From assembly GCA_051313645.2 (NCBI GenBank), contig JBNRSN020000358.1, positions 310,001 to 374,000 on the forward strand: a stretch of 64,000 nucleotides of DNA, read 5' to 3'. Below, one piece after another: positions 6,990 through 18,900 of this stretch (the stretch's first letter is position 1; every line of letters begins with the position of its first letter). The notes beneath the pieces are model-generated. The model was given only the letters and a program-made list of their open reading frames with translations. It was not told the DNA's origin and did no database searches. The position numbers and the translations under genes are program-made. Source of the DNA: Centroscyllium fabricii (lineage: Eukaryota).

Positions 6990-9900
6990 TCTCCCGCTCT
7001 TTTCTCTCGCTCTTTTCTCTCGCTCTTTTCTCTCGCTCTTTTCTCTCGCTCTTTTCTCTCGCTCTTTTCTCTCGCTCTTTTCTCTCGCTCTTTCTCACTC
7101 TTTTCTCTCGCTCTTTTCTCTCGCTCTTTTCTCTCGCTCTTTTCTCTCGCTCCACTCTCGCTCTTTCCTCTCGCTCTTTAACCTCGCTCTTTTCTCTCGC
7201 TCTTTTCTCTCGCTCTTTTCACTCGCTCTTTTCTCTCGCTCCACTCTCGCTCTTTTCTCTCGCTCTATTATCTCGCTCTTTTCTCTCGCCCTTTTCACTC
7301 GCTCTTTTCACTCGCTCTTTTCTCTCGCTCTTTTCTCTCGCTCTTTTCTCTCGCTCTTTTCTCGTGCTCCACTCTCGCTCTTTTCCCTCGCTCCGCTCTC
7401 GCTCTTTTTCTTTTCTCTCGCTCTTTTCTCTCGCTCTTTTCTCTCGCTCTTTTCTCTCGCTCTTTCTCACTCTTTTCTCTCGCTCTTTTCTCTCGCTCTT
7501 TTCTCTCGCTCTTTTCTCTCGCTCCACTCTCGCTCTTTCCTCTCGCTCTTTAACCTCGCTCTTTTCTCTCGCTCTTTTCTCTCGCTCTTTTCACTCGCTC
7601 TTTTCTCTCGCTCCACTCTCGCTCTTTTCTCTCGCTCTATTATCTCGCTCTTTTCTCTCGCCCTTTTCACTCGCTCTTTTCACTCGCTCTTTTCTCTCGC
7701 TCTTTTCTCTCGCTCTTTTCTCTCGCTCTTTTCTCGTGCTCCACTCTCGCTCTTTTCCCTCGCTCCGCTCTCGCTCTTTTTCTTTTCTCTCGCTCTTTTC
7801 ACTCGCTCTTTTCTCTCGCTCCACTCTCGCTCTTTTCTCTCGCTCTATTATCTCGCTCTTTTCTCTCGCCCTTTTCACTCGCCCTTTTCACTCGCCCTTT
7901 TCTCTCGCTCTTTTCTCTCGCTCTTTTCTCTCTCTTATCCCTCGCTCTTTTCTCTCGCTCTTTTCTCTCGCTCTTTTCTCTCGCTCTTTTCTCTTGCTCT
8001 TTTCTCACGCTCTTTTCTCACGCTCTTTTCTCTCGCTCTTTTCTCTCGCTCCACTCTCACTCTTTTCTCTCGCTCTTTAATCTCACTCTTTAATCTCACT
8101 CTTTTCTCTCGCTCTTTCCTCTCGCTCGTCTCTCTCGCTCTTTACACTCACTCTTTCCTCTCGCTCTTTTCTCTCGCTCTTTTCTCTCGCTCTTTCCTCT
8201 CGCTCGTCTCTCTCGCTCTTTACACTCGCTCTTTCCTCTCGCTCTTTTCTCTCGCTCTTTTCTCTCGCTCTTTCCTCTCGCTCTTTTCTCTCGCTCTTTT
8301 CTCTCGCTCTTTCCTCTCGCTCTTTCCTCTCTCTCTTTTCTCTCGCTCTTTTCTCTCGCTCTTTCCTCTCGCTCGTCTCTCTCGCTCTTTACACTCGCTC
8401 TTTCCTCTCGCTCTTTTCTCTCGCTCTTTTCTCTCGCTCTTTCCTCTCGCTCTTTCCTCTCGCTCTTTTCTCTCGCTCTTTTCTCTCGCTCTTTCCTCTC
8501 TCTTTTCTCTCGCTCTTTTCTCTCCCTCTTTTCTCTCGCTCTTTCCTCTCGCTCTTTTCTCTCGCTCCGCTCTCGCTCTTTTTCTTTTCTCTTGCTCTTT
8601 CCTCTCGCTCGTCTCTCTCGCTCTTTACACTCACTCTTTCCTCTCGCTCTTTTCTCTCGCTCTTTTCTCTCGCTCTTTCCTCTCGCTCTTTTCTCTCGCT
8701 CTTTTCTCTCGCTCTTTCCTCTCTCTCTTTTCTCTCGCTCTTTTCTCTCCCTCTTTTCTCTCGCTCTTTCCTCTCGCTCTTTTCTCTCGCTCCGCTCTCG
8801 CTCTTTTTCTTTTCTCTTGCTCTTTCCTCTCGCTCGTCTCTCTCGCTCTTCACACTCACTCTTTTCTCTCGCTCTTTTCTCTCGCTCCACTCTCACTCTT
8901 TTCTCTCGCTCTTTCCTCTCGCTCGTCTCTCTCGCTCTTTACACTCACTCTTTCCTCTCGCTCTTTTCTCTCGCTCTTTTCTCTCGCTCTTTCCTCTCGC
9001 TCGTCTCTCTCGCTCTTTACACTCACTCTTTCCTCTCGCTCTTTTCTCTCGTTCTTTCCTCTCGCTCGTCTCTCTCGCTCTATACACTCACTCTTTCCTC
9101 TCGCTCTTTTCTCTCGCTCTTTTCTCTCGCTCGTCTCTCTCGCTCTTTACACTCACTCTTTCCTCTCGCTCTTTTCTCTCGCTCTTTTCTCTCGCTCTTT
9201 CCTCTCGCTCGTCTCTCTCGCTCTTTTCTCTCGCTCTTTCCTCTCGCTCTTTTCTCTCGCTCTTTTCTCTCGCTCTTTCCTCTCGCTCTTTTCTCTCGCT
9301 CTTTCCTCTCGCTCTTTTCTCTCGCTCTTTTCTCTCGCTCTTTTCTCTCGCTCTTTTCTCTCGCTCTTTCCTCTCCCTCTTTTCTCTCGCTCTTTTCTCT
9401 CGTTCTTTTCTCTCGCTCTTTACACTCACTCTTTCCTCTCGCTCTTTTCTCTCGCTCTTTTCTCTCGCTCTTTTTTCTCTCTGCTCTAACTTTTCTCTCG
9501 CTCTTTTCTCTCGCTCTTTTTTCTCTCTGCTCTAACTTTTCTCTCGCTCTTTTCTCTCGCTCTTTTCTCTCGCTCTTTCCTCTCGCTCGTCTCTCTCGCT
9601 CTTTTCTCCCTCTCTTTTCCCTCGCTCTTTTCTCGCTCTTTTCTCTCGCTCTTTTCTCTCGCTCTTTTCTCTCACTCTTTCCTCTCGCTCTTTTCTCTCT
9701 CTTATCCCTCGCTCTTTACTCTCGCTCTTTCCTCTCGCTCTTTTCTCTCTCTTATCCCTCGCTCTTTTCTCTCGCTCTTTTCTCTCTCTTATCCCTCGCT
9801 CTTTCCTCTCGCTCTTTTCTCTCGCTCTTTTCTCTCGCTCTTTTCTCTCTCTCTTTTCTCTCGCTCTTTTCTCGCTCTTTTCTCTCTCTCTTTCCTCTCG

Positions 9901-12900
9901 CTCTTTTCTCTCGCTCCACTCTCGCTCTTTTCCCTCGCTCCGCTCTCGCTCTTTTCTCTCGCTCCACTCTCACCCTTTTCTCTCTCTCTTTTCTCTCTCT
10001 CTTTTCTCTCGCTCTTTTCTCTCGCTCATTTCTCTCGCTCTTTTCTCTCGCTCTTTTCTCTCGCTCTTTTCTCTCTCTTATCCCTCGCTCTTTTCTCTCG
10101 CTCTTTTCTCTCGCTCTTTTCTCACGCTCTTTTCTCACGCTCTTTTCTCACGCTCTTTTCTCTCGCTCTTTTCTCTCGCTCCACTCTCACTCTTTTCTCT
10201 CGCTCTTTAATCTCACTCTTTAATCTCACTCTTTTCTCTCGCTCTTTTCTCTCGCTCTTTCCTCTCGCTCGTCTCTCTCGCTCTTTACACTCACTCTTTC
10301 CTCTCGCTCTTTTCTCTCGCTCTTTTCTCTCGCTCTTTCCTCTCGCTCTTTTCTCTCGCTCTTTTCTCTCGCTCTTTCCTCTCGCTCGTCTCTCTCGCTC
10401 TTTCCTCTCGCTCTTTTCTCTCGCTCTTTTCTCTCGCTCTTTCCTCTCGCTCGTCTCTCTCGCTCTTTTCTCTCGCTCTTTTCTCTCGCTCTTTCCTCTC
10501 GCTCGTCTCTCTCACTCTTTTCTCTCGCTCTTTTCTCTCGCTCTTTTCTCTCGCTCTTTCCTCTCGCTCTTTCCTCTCGCTCTTTTCTCTCGCTCTTTCC
10601 TCTCGCTCTTTTCTCTCGCTCTTTTTTCTCTCTGCTCTCACTTTTCTCTCGCTCGTCTCTCTCGCTCTTTTCTCTCGCTCTTTTCTCTCGCTCTTTTCAC
10701 TCACTCTTTTCTCTCGCTCTTTTTTCTCTCTCTTTTTTCTCTTTTCTCGCTCTTTTCTCTCGCTCTTTTCTCTCTCTCTTTTCTCTCGCTCTTTTCTCTC
10801 GCTCTTCTCTCTCTCTCTTTTCTCTCGCTCTTTTCTCTTGCTCTTTTCTCTCGCTCTTTTCTCGTGCTCCACTCTCTCTTTTCTCTCGCTCTTTTCTCTC
10901 GCTCTTTTCTCTCGCTCTTTTCTCTCGTTCTTTTCTCTCGCTCTTTTCTCTCGCTCTTTTCTCTCCCTTTTCTCTCGCTCTTTTCTCTCGCTCGTTTCTT
11001 TCGCTCTTTTCTCTCTCTCTTTTCTCTCGCTCTTTTCTCTCGCTCTTTGCTCTCTCTTTCCTCTCGCTCTTTTCTCTCTCTCTTTCCTCTCGCTCTTTTC
11101 TCCCGCTCTTTTCTCTCGCTCTTTTCTCTCGCTCTTTTCTCTCGCTCTTTCCTCTCGCTCGTCTCTCTCGCTCTTTACACTCACTCTTTCCTCTCGCTCT
11201 TTTCTCTCGCTCTTTTCTCTCGCTCTTTTCTCTCGCTCTTTTTTCTCTCTGCTCTCACTTTTCTCTCGCTCGTCTCTCTCGCTCTTTTCTCTCGCTCTTT
11301 TCTCTCGCTCTTTTCTCGCTCTTTTCACTCACTCTTTTCTCTCGCTCTTTTTTCTCTCTCTTTTCTCTCTTTTCTCGCTCTTTTCTCTCGCTCTTTTCTC
11401 TCGCTCTTTTCTCTCGCTTTTCTCTCTCTCTTTTCTCTCGCTCTTTTCTCTCGCTCTTTTCTCGTGCTCCACTCTCTCTTTTCTCTCGCTCTTTTCTCTC
11501 GCTCTTTTCTCTCCCTTTTCTCTCGCTCTTTTCTCTCGCTCGTTTCTTTCGCTCTTTTCTCTCGCTCTTTTCTCTCGCTCTTTTCTCTCGCTCTTTGCTC
11601 TCTCTTTCCTCTCGCTCTTTTCTCTCGCTCTTTTCTCTCTCTCTTTCCTCTCGCTCTTTTCTCCCGCTCTTTTCTCTCGCTCTTTTCTCTCGCTCTTTTC
11701 TCCCGCTCTTTTCTCTCGCTCTTTTCTCTCGCTCTTTTCTCTCGCTCTTTTCTCTCGCTCTTTCTCACTCTTTTCTCTCGCTCTTTTCTCTCGCTCTTTT
11801 CTCTCGCTCCACTCTCGCTCTTTCCTCTCGCTCTTTAACCTCGCTCTTTTCTCTCGCTCTTTTCTCTCGCTCTTTTCACTCGCTCTTTTCTCTCGCTCCA
11901 CTCTCGCTCTTTTCTCTCGCTCTATTATCTCGCTCTTTTCTCTCGCCCTTTTCACTCGCTCTTTTCACTCGCTCTTTTCTCTCGCTCTTTTCTCTCGCTC
12001 TTTTCTCTCGCTCTTTTCTCGTGCTCCACTCTCGCTCTTTTCCCTCGCTCCGCTCTCGCTCTTTTTCTTTTCTCTCGCTCTTTTCTCTCGCTCTTTTCTC
12101 TCGCTCTTTTCTCTCGCTCTTTCTCACTCTTTTCTCTCGCTCTTTTCTCTCGCTCTTTTCTCTCGCTCTTTTCTCTCGCTCCACTCTCGCTCTTTCCTCT
12201 CGCTCTTTAACCTCGCTCTTTTCTCTCGCTCTTTTCTCTCGCTCTTTTCACTCGCTCTTTTCTCTCGCTCCACTCTCGCTCTTTTCTCTCGCTCTATTAT
12301 CTCGCTCTTTTCTCTCGCCCTTTTCACTCGCTCTTTTCACTCGCTCTTTTCTCTCGCTCTTTTCTCTCGCTCTTTTCTCTCGCTCTTTTCTCGTGCTCCA
12401 CTCTCGCTCTTTTCCCTCGCTCCGCTCTCGCTCTTTTTCTTTTCTCTCGCTCTTTTCACTCGCTCTTTTCTCTCGCTCCACTCTCGCTCTTTTCTCTCGC
12501 TCTATTATCTCGCTCTTTTCTCTCGCCCTTTTCACTCGCTCTTTTCACTCGCCCTTTTCTCTCGCTCTTTTCTCTCGCTCTTTTCTCTCGCTCTTTTCTC
12601 TCTCTTATCCCTCGCTCTTTTCTCTCGCTCTTTTCTCTCGCTCTTTTCTCTCGCTCTTTTCTCTCGCTCTTTTCTCTTGCACTTTTCTCACGCTCTTTTC
12701 TCACGCTCTTTTCTCTCGCTCTTTTCTCTCGCTCCACTCTCACTCTTTTCTCTCGCTCTTTAATCTCACTCTTTAATCTCACTCTTTTCTCTCGCTCTTT
12801 TCTCTCGCTCTTTTCTCTCGCTCTTTCCTCTCGCTCGTCTCTCTCGCTCTTTACACTCACTCTTTCCTCTCGCTCTTTTCTCTCGCTCTTTTCTCTCGCT

Positions 12901-15900
12901 CTTTCCTCTCGCTCGTCTCTCTCGCTCTTTACACTCGCTCTTTCCTCTCGCTCTTTTCTCTCGCTCTTTCATCTCGCTCTTTTCTCTCGCTCTTTCCTCT
13001 CGCTCTTTCCTCTCTCTCTTTTCTCTCGCTCTTTTCTCTCGCTCTTTCCTCTCGCTCGTCTCTCTCGCTCTTTACACTCGCTCTTTCCTCTCGCTCTTTT
13101 CTCTCGCTCTTTTCTCTCGCTCTTTCCTCTCGCTCTTTTCTCTCGCTCTTTTCTCTCGCTCTTTCCTCTCTCTCTTTTCTCTCGCTCTTTTCTCTCCCTC
13201 TTTCCTCTCGCTCTTTTCTCTCGCTCCGCTCTCGCTCTTTATCTTTTCTCTTGCTCTTTCCTCTCGCTCGTCTCTCTCGCTCTTTACACTCACTCTTTCC
13301 TCTCGCTCTTTTCTCTCGCTCTTTTCTCTCGCTCTTTCCTCTCGCTCGTCTCTCTCGCTCTTTACACTCACTCTTTCCTCTCGCTCTTTTCTCTCGCTCT
13401 TTTCTCTCGCTCTTTCCTCTCGCTCGTCTCTCTCGCTCTTTTCTCTCGCTCTTTTCTCTCGCTCTTTTCTCTCGCTCTTTTCTCTCGCTCTTTCCTCTCG
13501 CTCTTTTCTCTCGCTCTTTTCTCTCGCTCTTTTCTCTCGCTCTTTTCTCTCGCTCTTTACACTCACTCTTTCCTCTCGCTCTTTTCTCTCGCTCTTTTTT
13601 CTCTCTGCTCTAACTTTTCTCTCGCTCTTTTCTCTCGCTCTTTTTTCTCTCTGCTCTAACTTTTCTCTCGCTCTTTTCTCACGCTCTTTTCTCTCGCTCT
13701 TTCCTCTCGCTCGTCTCTCTCGCTCTTTTCTCTCGCTCTTTTCTCTCGCTCTTTTCTCTCGCTCTTTTCTCTCGCTCTTTTTTCTCTCTCTTTTCTCTCT
13801 TTTCTCGCTCTTTTCTCTCTCTCTTTTCTCTCTCTCTTTTCTCTCGCTCTTTTCTCTCGCTCTTTTCTCTCTCTTTTCTCTCGCACTTTTCTCTCTTTTC
13901 TCTCGCTTTTCTCTCGCTCTTTTCTCTCTCTCGCTCTTTTCTCTCGCTCTTTTCTCTCGCTCTTTTCTCTCTCTCTTTTCTCTCGCACTTTTCTCTCTTT
14001 TCTCTCGCTCTTTTCTCGCTCTTTTCTCTCGCACTTTTCTCTCGCTCTTTTCTCTCGCTCTTTCCTCTTGCTCGTCTCTCTCGCTCTTTTCTCTCGCTCT
14101 TTTCTCCCTCTCTTTTCTCTCGCTCTTTTCTCTCGCTCTTTTCTCTCGCTCTTTTCTCTCTTTTCTCGCTCTTTTCTCTCTCTCTTTTCTCTCGCTCTTT
14201 TCTCTCGCTCTTTTCTCCCGCTCTTTTCTCTCGCTCTTTTCTCTCGCTCTTTTCTCGCTCTTTTCTCTCGCTCTTTTCTCCCTCTCTTTTCTCTCGCTCT
14301 TTTCTCTCGCTCTTTTCTCGCTCTTTTCTCTCGCTCTTTTCTCCCGCTCTTTTCTCTCGCTCTTTTCTCTCGCTCTTTTCTCGCTCTTTTCTCTCGCTCT
14401 TTTCTCCCTCTCTTTACTCTCGCTCTTTTCTCTCGCTCTTTTCTCTTGCTCCACACTCTCTTTCCTCTCGCTCTTTCCTCTCTCTTATCCCTCGCTCTTT
14501 TCTCTCGCTCTTTTCTCTCGCTCTTTTCTCTCGCTCTTTCCTCTCGCTCTTTTCTCTCTCTTATCCCTCGCTCTTTACTCTCGCTCTTTTCTCTCGCTCT
14601 TTTCTCTTGCTCCACACTCTCTTTCCTCTCGCTCTTTTCTCTCTCTTATCCCTCGCTCTTTTCTCTCGCTCTTTCCTCTCGCTCTTTTCTCTCTCTTATC
14701 CCTCGCTCTTTCCTCTCGCTCTTTTCTCTCGCTCTTTTCTCTCTCTCTTTTCTCTCGCTCTTTTCTCTCTCTCTTTTCTCGCTCTTTTCTCTCGCTTTTT
14801 TCTCTCTCTCTTTCCTCTCGCTCTTTTCTCTCGCTCTTTTCCCTCGCTCCGCTCTCGCTCTTTTTCTTTTCTCTCGCTCTTTTCTCTCGCTCCACTCACG
14901 CTCTTTTCTCTCGCTCCACTCTCGCCCTTTTCTCTCGCTCTTTTCTCTCGCTCTTTTCTCTCGCTCTTTTCTCTCGCTCTTTTCTCACGCTCTTTTCTCT
15001 CGCTCTTTTCTCTCGCTCATTTCTCTCGCTCATTTTTCTCGCTCTTTTCTCTCTCTTATCCCTCGCTCTTTTCTCTCGCTCTTTTCTCTCTCTTATCCCT
15101 CGCTCTTTTCTCTCGCTCTTTTCTCTCGCTCTTTTCTCTCGCTCTTTTCTCTCGCTCTTTTCTCTCGCTCTTTTCTCTCGCTCTTTTCTCACGCTCTTTT
15201 CTCACGCTCTTTTCTCTCGCTCTTTTCTCTCGCTCCACTCTCACTCTTTTCTCTCGCTCTTTAATCTCACTCTTTAATCTCACTCTTTTCTCTCGCTCCA
15301 CTCTCACTCTTTTCTCTCGCTCTTTAATCTCACTCTTTAATCTCACTCTTTTCTCTCGCTCTTTTCTCTCGCTCGTCTCTCTCGCTCTTTACACTCACTC
15401 TTTCCTCTCGCTCTTTTCTCTCGCTCTTTTCTCTCGCTCTTTCCTCTCGCTTGTCTCTCTCACTCTTTCCTCTCGCTCTTTTCTCTCGCTCTTTTCTCTT
15501 TTCTCTCTCTCTTTTCCCTCGCTCTTTTCTCTCTCTTTCCTCTCGCTCTTTTCTCTCGCTCTTTTCTCTCGCTCTTTTCTCGCTCTTTTCTCTCGCTCTT
15601 TTCTCTCGCTTTTTTCTCTCTCTCTTTCCTCTCGCTCTTTTCTCTCGCTCGTCTCTCTCGCTCTTTTCTCTCGCTCTTTTCCCTCGCTCCGCTCTCGCTC
15701 ATTTTCTTTTCTCTTGCTCTTTCCTCTCGCTCGTCTCTCTCGCTCTTTACACTCACTCTTTCCTCTCGCTCTTTTCTCTCGCTCTTTCCTCTCGCTCGTC
15801 TCTCTCGCTCTTTTCTCTCGCTCTTTCCTCTCGCTCTTTTCTCTCGCTCTTTCCTCTCGCTCTTTTCTCTCGCTCTTTTCTCTCGCTCTTTCCTCTCGCT

Positions 15901-18900
15901 CGTCTCTCTCGCTCTTTTCTCTCGCTCTTTCCTCTCGCTCTTTTCTCTCGCTCTTTTCTCTCGCTCTTTTCTCTCGCTCTTTCCTCTCGCTCGTCTCTCT
16001 CGCTCTTTTCTCTCGCTCTTTTCTCTCGCTCTTTTCTCTCGCTCTTTTCACTCACTCTTTTCTCTCGCTATTTTTTCTCTCTCTTTTCTCTCTTTTCTCG
16101 CTCTTTTCTCTCGCTCTTTTCTCTCGCTCTTTTCTCTCTCTCTTTTCTCTCTCTCTTTTCTCTCGCTCTTTTCTCTCGCTCTTTTCTCTCGCTTTTCTCT
16201 CTCTCTTTTCTCTCGCTCTTTTCTCTCGCTCTTTTCTCGTGCTCCACTCTCTCTTTTCTCTCTCTCTTTTCTCTCGCTCTTTTCTCTCGCTCTTTTCTCT
16301 CGCTCTTTTCTCTCTCTCTTTTCTCTCGCTCTTTTCTCTCGCTCTTTGCTCTCTCTTTCCTCTCGCTCTTTTCTCTCGCTCTTTTCTCTCTCTCTTTCCT
16401 CTCGCTCTTTTCTCCCGCTCTTTTCTCTCGCTCTTTTCTCTCGCTCTTTTCTCTCGCTCTTTTCTCTCGCTCTTTTCTCTCGCTCTTTTCTCTCGCTCTT
16501 TCCTCTCGCTCGTCTCTCTCGCTCTTTACACTCACTCTTTCCTCTCGCTCTTTTCTCTCGCTCTTTTCTCTCGCTCTTTTCTCTCGCTCTTTTTTCTCTC
16601 TGCTCTCACTTTTCTCTCGCTCGTCTCTCTCGCTCTTTTCTCTCACTCTTTTCTCTCGCTCTTTTTTCTCTCTCTTTTCTCTCTTTTCTCGCTCTTTTCT
16701 CTCGCTCTTTTCTCTCGCTCTTTTCTCTCGCTTTTCTCTCTCTCTTTTCTCTCGCTCTTTTCTCTCGCTCTTTTCTCGTGCTCCACTCTCTCTTTTCTCT
16801 CGCTCTTTTCTCTCGCTCTTTTCTCTCGCTCTTTTCTCTCGTTCTTTTCTCTCGCTCTTTTCTCTCGCTCTTTTCTCTCCCTTTTCTCTCGCTCTTTTCT
16901 CTCGCTCGTTTCTTTCGCTCTTTTCTCTCTCTCTTTGCTCTCTCTTTCCTCTCGCTCTTTTCTCTCGCTCTTTTCTCTCTCTCTTTTCTCTCTCTCTTTC
17001 CTCTCGCTCTTTTCTCCCGCTCTTTTCTCTCGCTCTTTTCTCTCGCTCTTTTCTCTCGCTCTTTTCTCTCGCTCTTTCTCACTCTTTTCTCTCGCTCTTT
17101 TCTCTCGCTCTTTTCTCTCGCTCTTTTCTCTCCCTTTTCTCTCGCTCTTTTCTCTCGCTCGTTTCTTTCGCTCTTTTCTCGCTCTCTTTTCTCTCTCTCT
17201 TTCCTCTCGCTCTTTTCTCTCGCTCTTTTCTCTCTCTCTTTCCTCTAGCTCTTTTCTCTCGCTCTTTTCTCTCGCTCTTTTCTCTCGCTCTTTCTCGCTC
17301 TTTTCTCTCGCTCTTTTCTCTCGCTCTTTTCTCTCGCTCCACTCTCGCTCTTTAACCTCGCTCTTTAACCTCGCTCTTTTCTCTCGCTCTTTTCTCTCGC
17401 TCTTTTCACTCGCTCTTTTCTCTCGCTCCACTCTCGCTCTTTTCTCTCGCTCTATTATCTCGCTCTTTTCTCTCGCCCTTTTCACTCGCTCTTTTCCCTC
17501 GCTCCACTCTCGCTCTTTTCTCTCGCTCTTTTCTCTCGCTCTTTTCTCTCGCTCTTTTCACTCGCTCTTTTCTCTCGCTCTTTTCTCTCGCTCTATTATC
17601 TCGCTCTTTTCTCTCGCTCTTTTCTCTCGCTCTTTTCTCTCGCTCTTTTCTCGTGCTCCACTCTCGCTCTTTTCTCTCGCTCTTCTCTCGCTCTTTTCTC
17701 TCGCTCTTTTCTCTCGCTCTTTTCCCTCGCTCTTTTCTCTCGCTCTTTTCTCTCGCTCTTTTCCCTCGCTCTTTTCTCTCGCTCTTTTCTCTCGCTCCAC
17801 TGTCGCTCTTTTCTCTCGCTGTTCTCGCTCTCTTTTCTCTCGCTCTTTAATCTCGCTCTTTTCCCTCGCTCTTTTCACTCGCTCTTTTCTCTCGCTCCAC
17901 TCTCGCTCTTTTCCCTCGCTCTTTTCTCTCGCTCTTTTCCCTCGCTCTTTTCCCTCGCTCTTTTCCCTCGCTCTTTTCTCTCGCTCTTTTCTCTCACTCT
18001 TTTCTCTCGCTCTTTTCTCGCTCTTTTCTCTCGCTCTTTTCTCTAGCTCCACTCTCACTCTTTTCTCTCGCTCTTTTCTCTCGCTCTTTTCTCTCGCTCA
18101 TTTCTCTCGCTCATTTTTCTCGCTCTTTTCTCTCGCTCTTTTCTCTCGCTCTTTTCTCTCGCTCTTTTCTCTCGCTCATTTCTCTCGCTCTTTCCTCTCG
18201 CTCTTTCCTCTCGCTCCTTTCTCTCGCTCTTTTCTCTCGCTCATTTCTCTCGCTCTTTTCTCTCGCTCTTTTCTCTCGCTCTTTTCTCTCGCTCTTTTCT
18301 CACGCTCTTTTCTCACGCTCTTTTCTCTCGCTCCACTCTCACTCTTTTCTCTCGCTCTTTAATCTCACTCTTTAATCTCACTCTTTTCTCTCGCTCTTCT
18401 CTCGCTCTTTCCTCTCGCTCGTCTCTCTCGCTCTTTACACTCACTCTTTCCTCTCGCTCTTTTCTCTCGCTCTTTCCTCTCGCTCTTTTCTCTCGCTCTT
18501 TTCTCTCGCTCTTTTCTCTCGCTCTTTCCTCTCGCTCGTCTCTCTCGCTCTTTTCTCTCGCTCTTTTCTCTCGCTCTTTTCTCTCGCTCTTTTCTCTCGC
18601 TCTTTCCTCTCGCTCTTTTCTCTCGCTCTTTTCTCTCGCTCTTTTCTCTCGCTCGTCTCTCTCGCTCTTTACACTCACTCTTTCCTCTCGCTCTTTTCTC
18701 TCGCTCTTTTCTCTCGCTCTTTTTTCTCTCTGCTCTCACTTTTCTCTCTTTTCTCTCGCTCTTTTCTCTCTCTCTTTCCTCTCGCTCGTCTCTCTCGCTC
18801 TTTTCTCTCGCTCTTTTCTCTCGCTCTTTTTTCTCTCTCTTTTCTCGCTCTTTTCTCTCGCTCTTTTCGCTCACTCTTTTCTCTCGCTCTTTTCTCTCGC

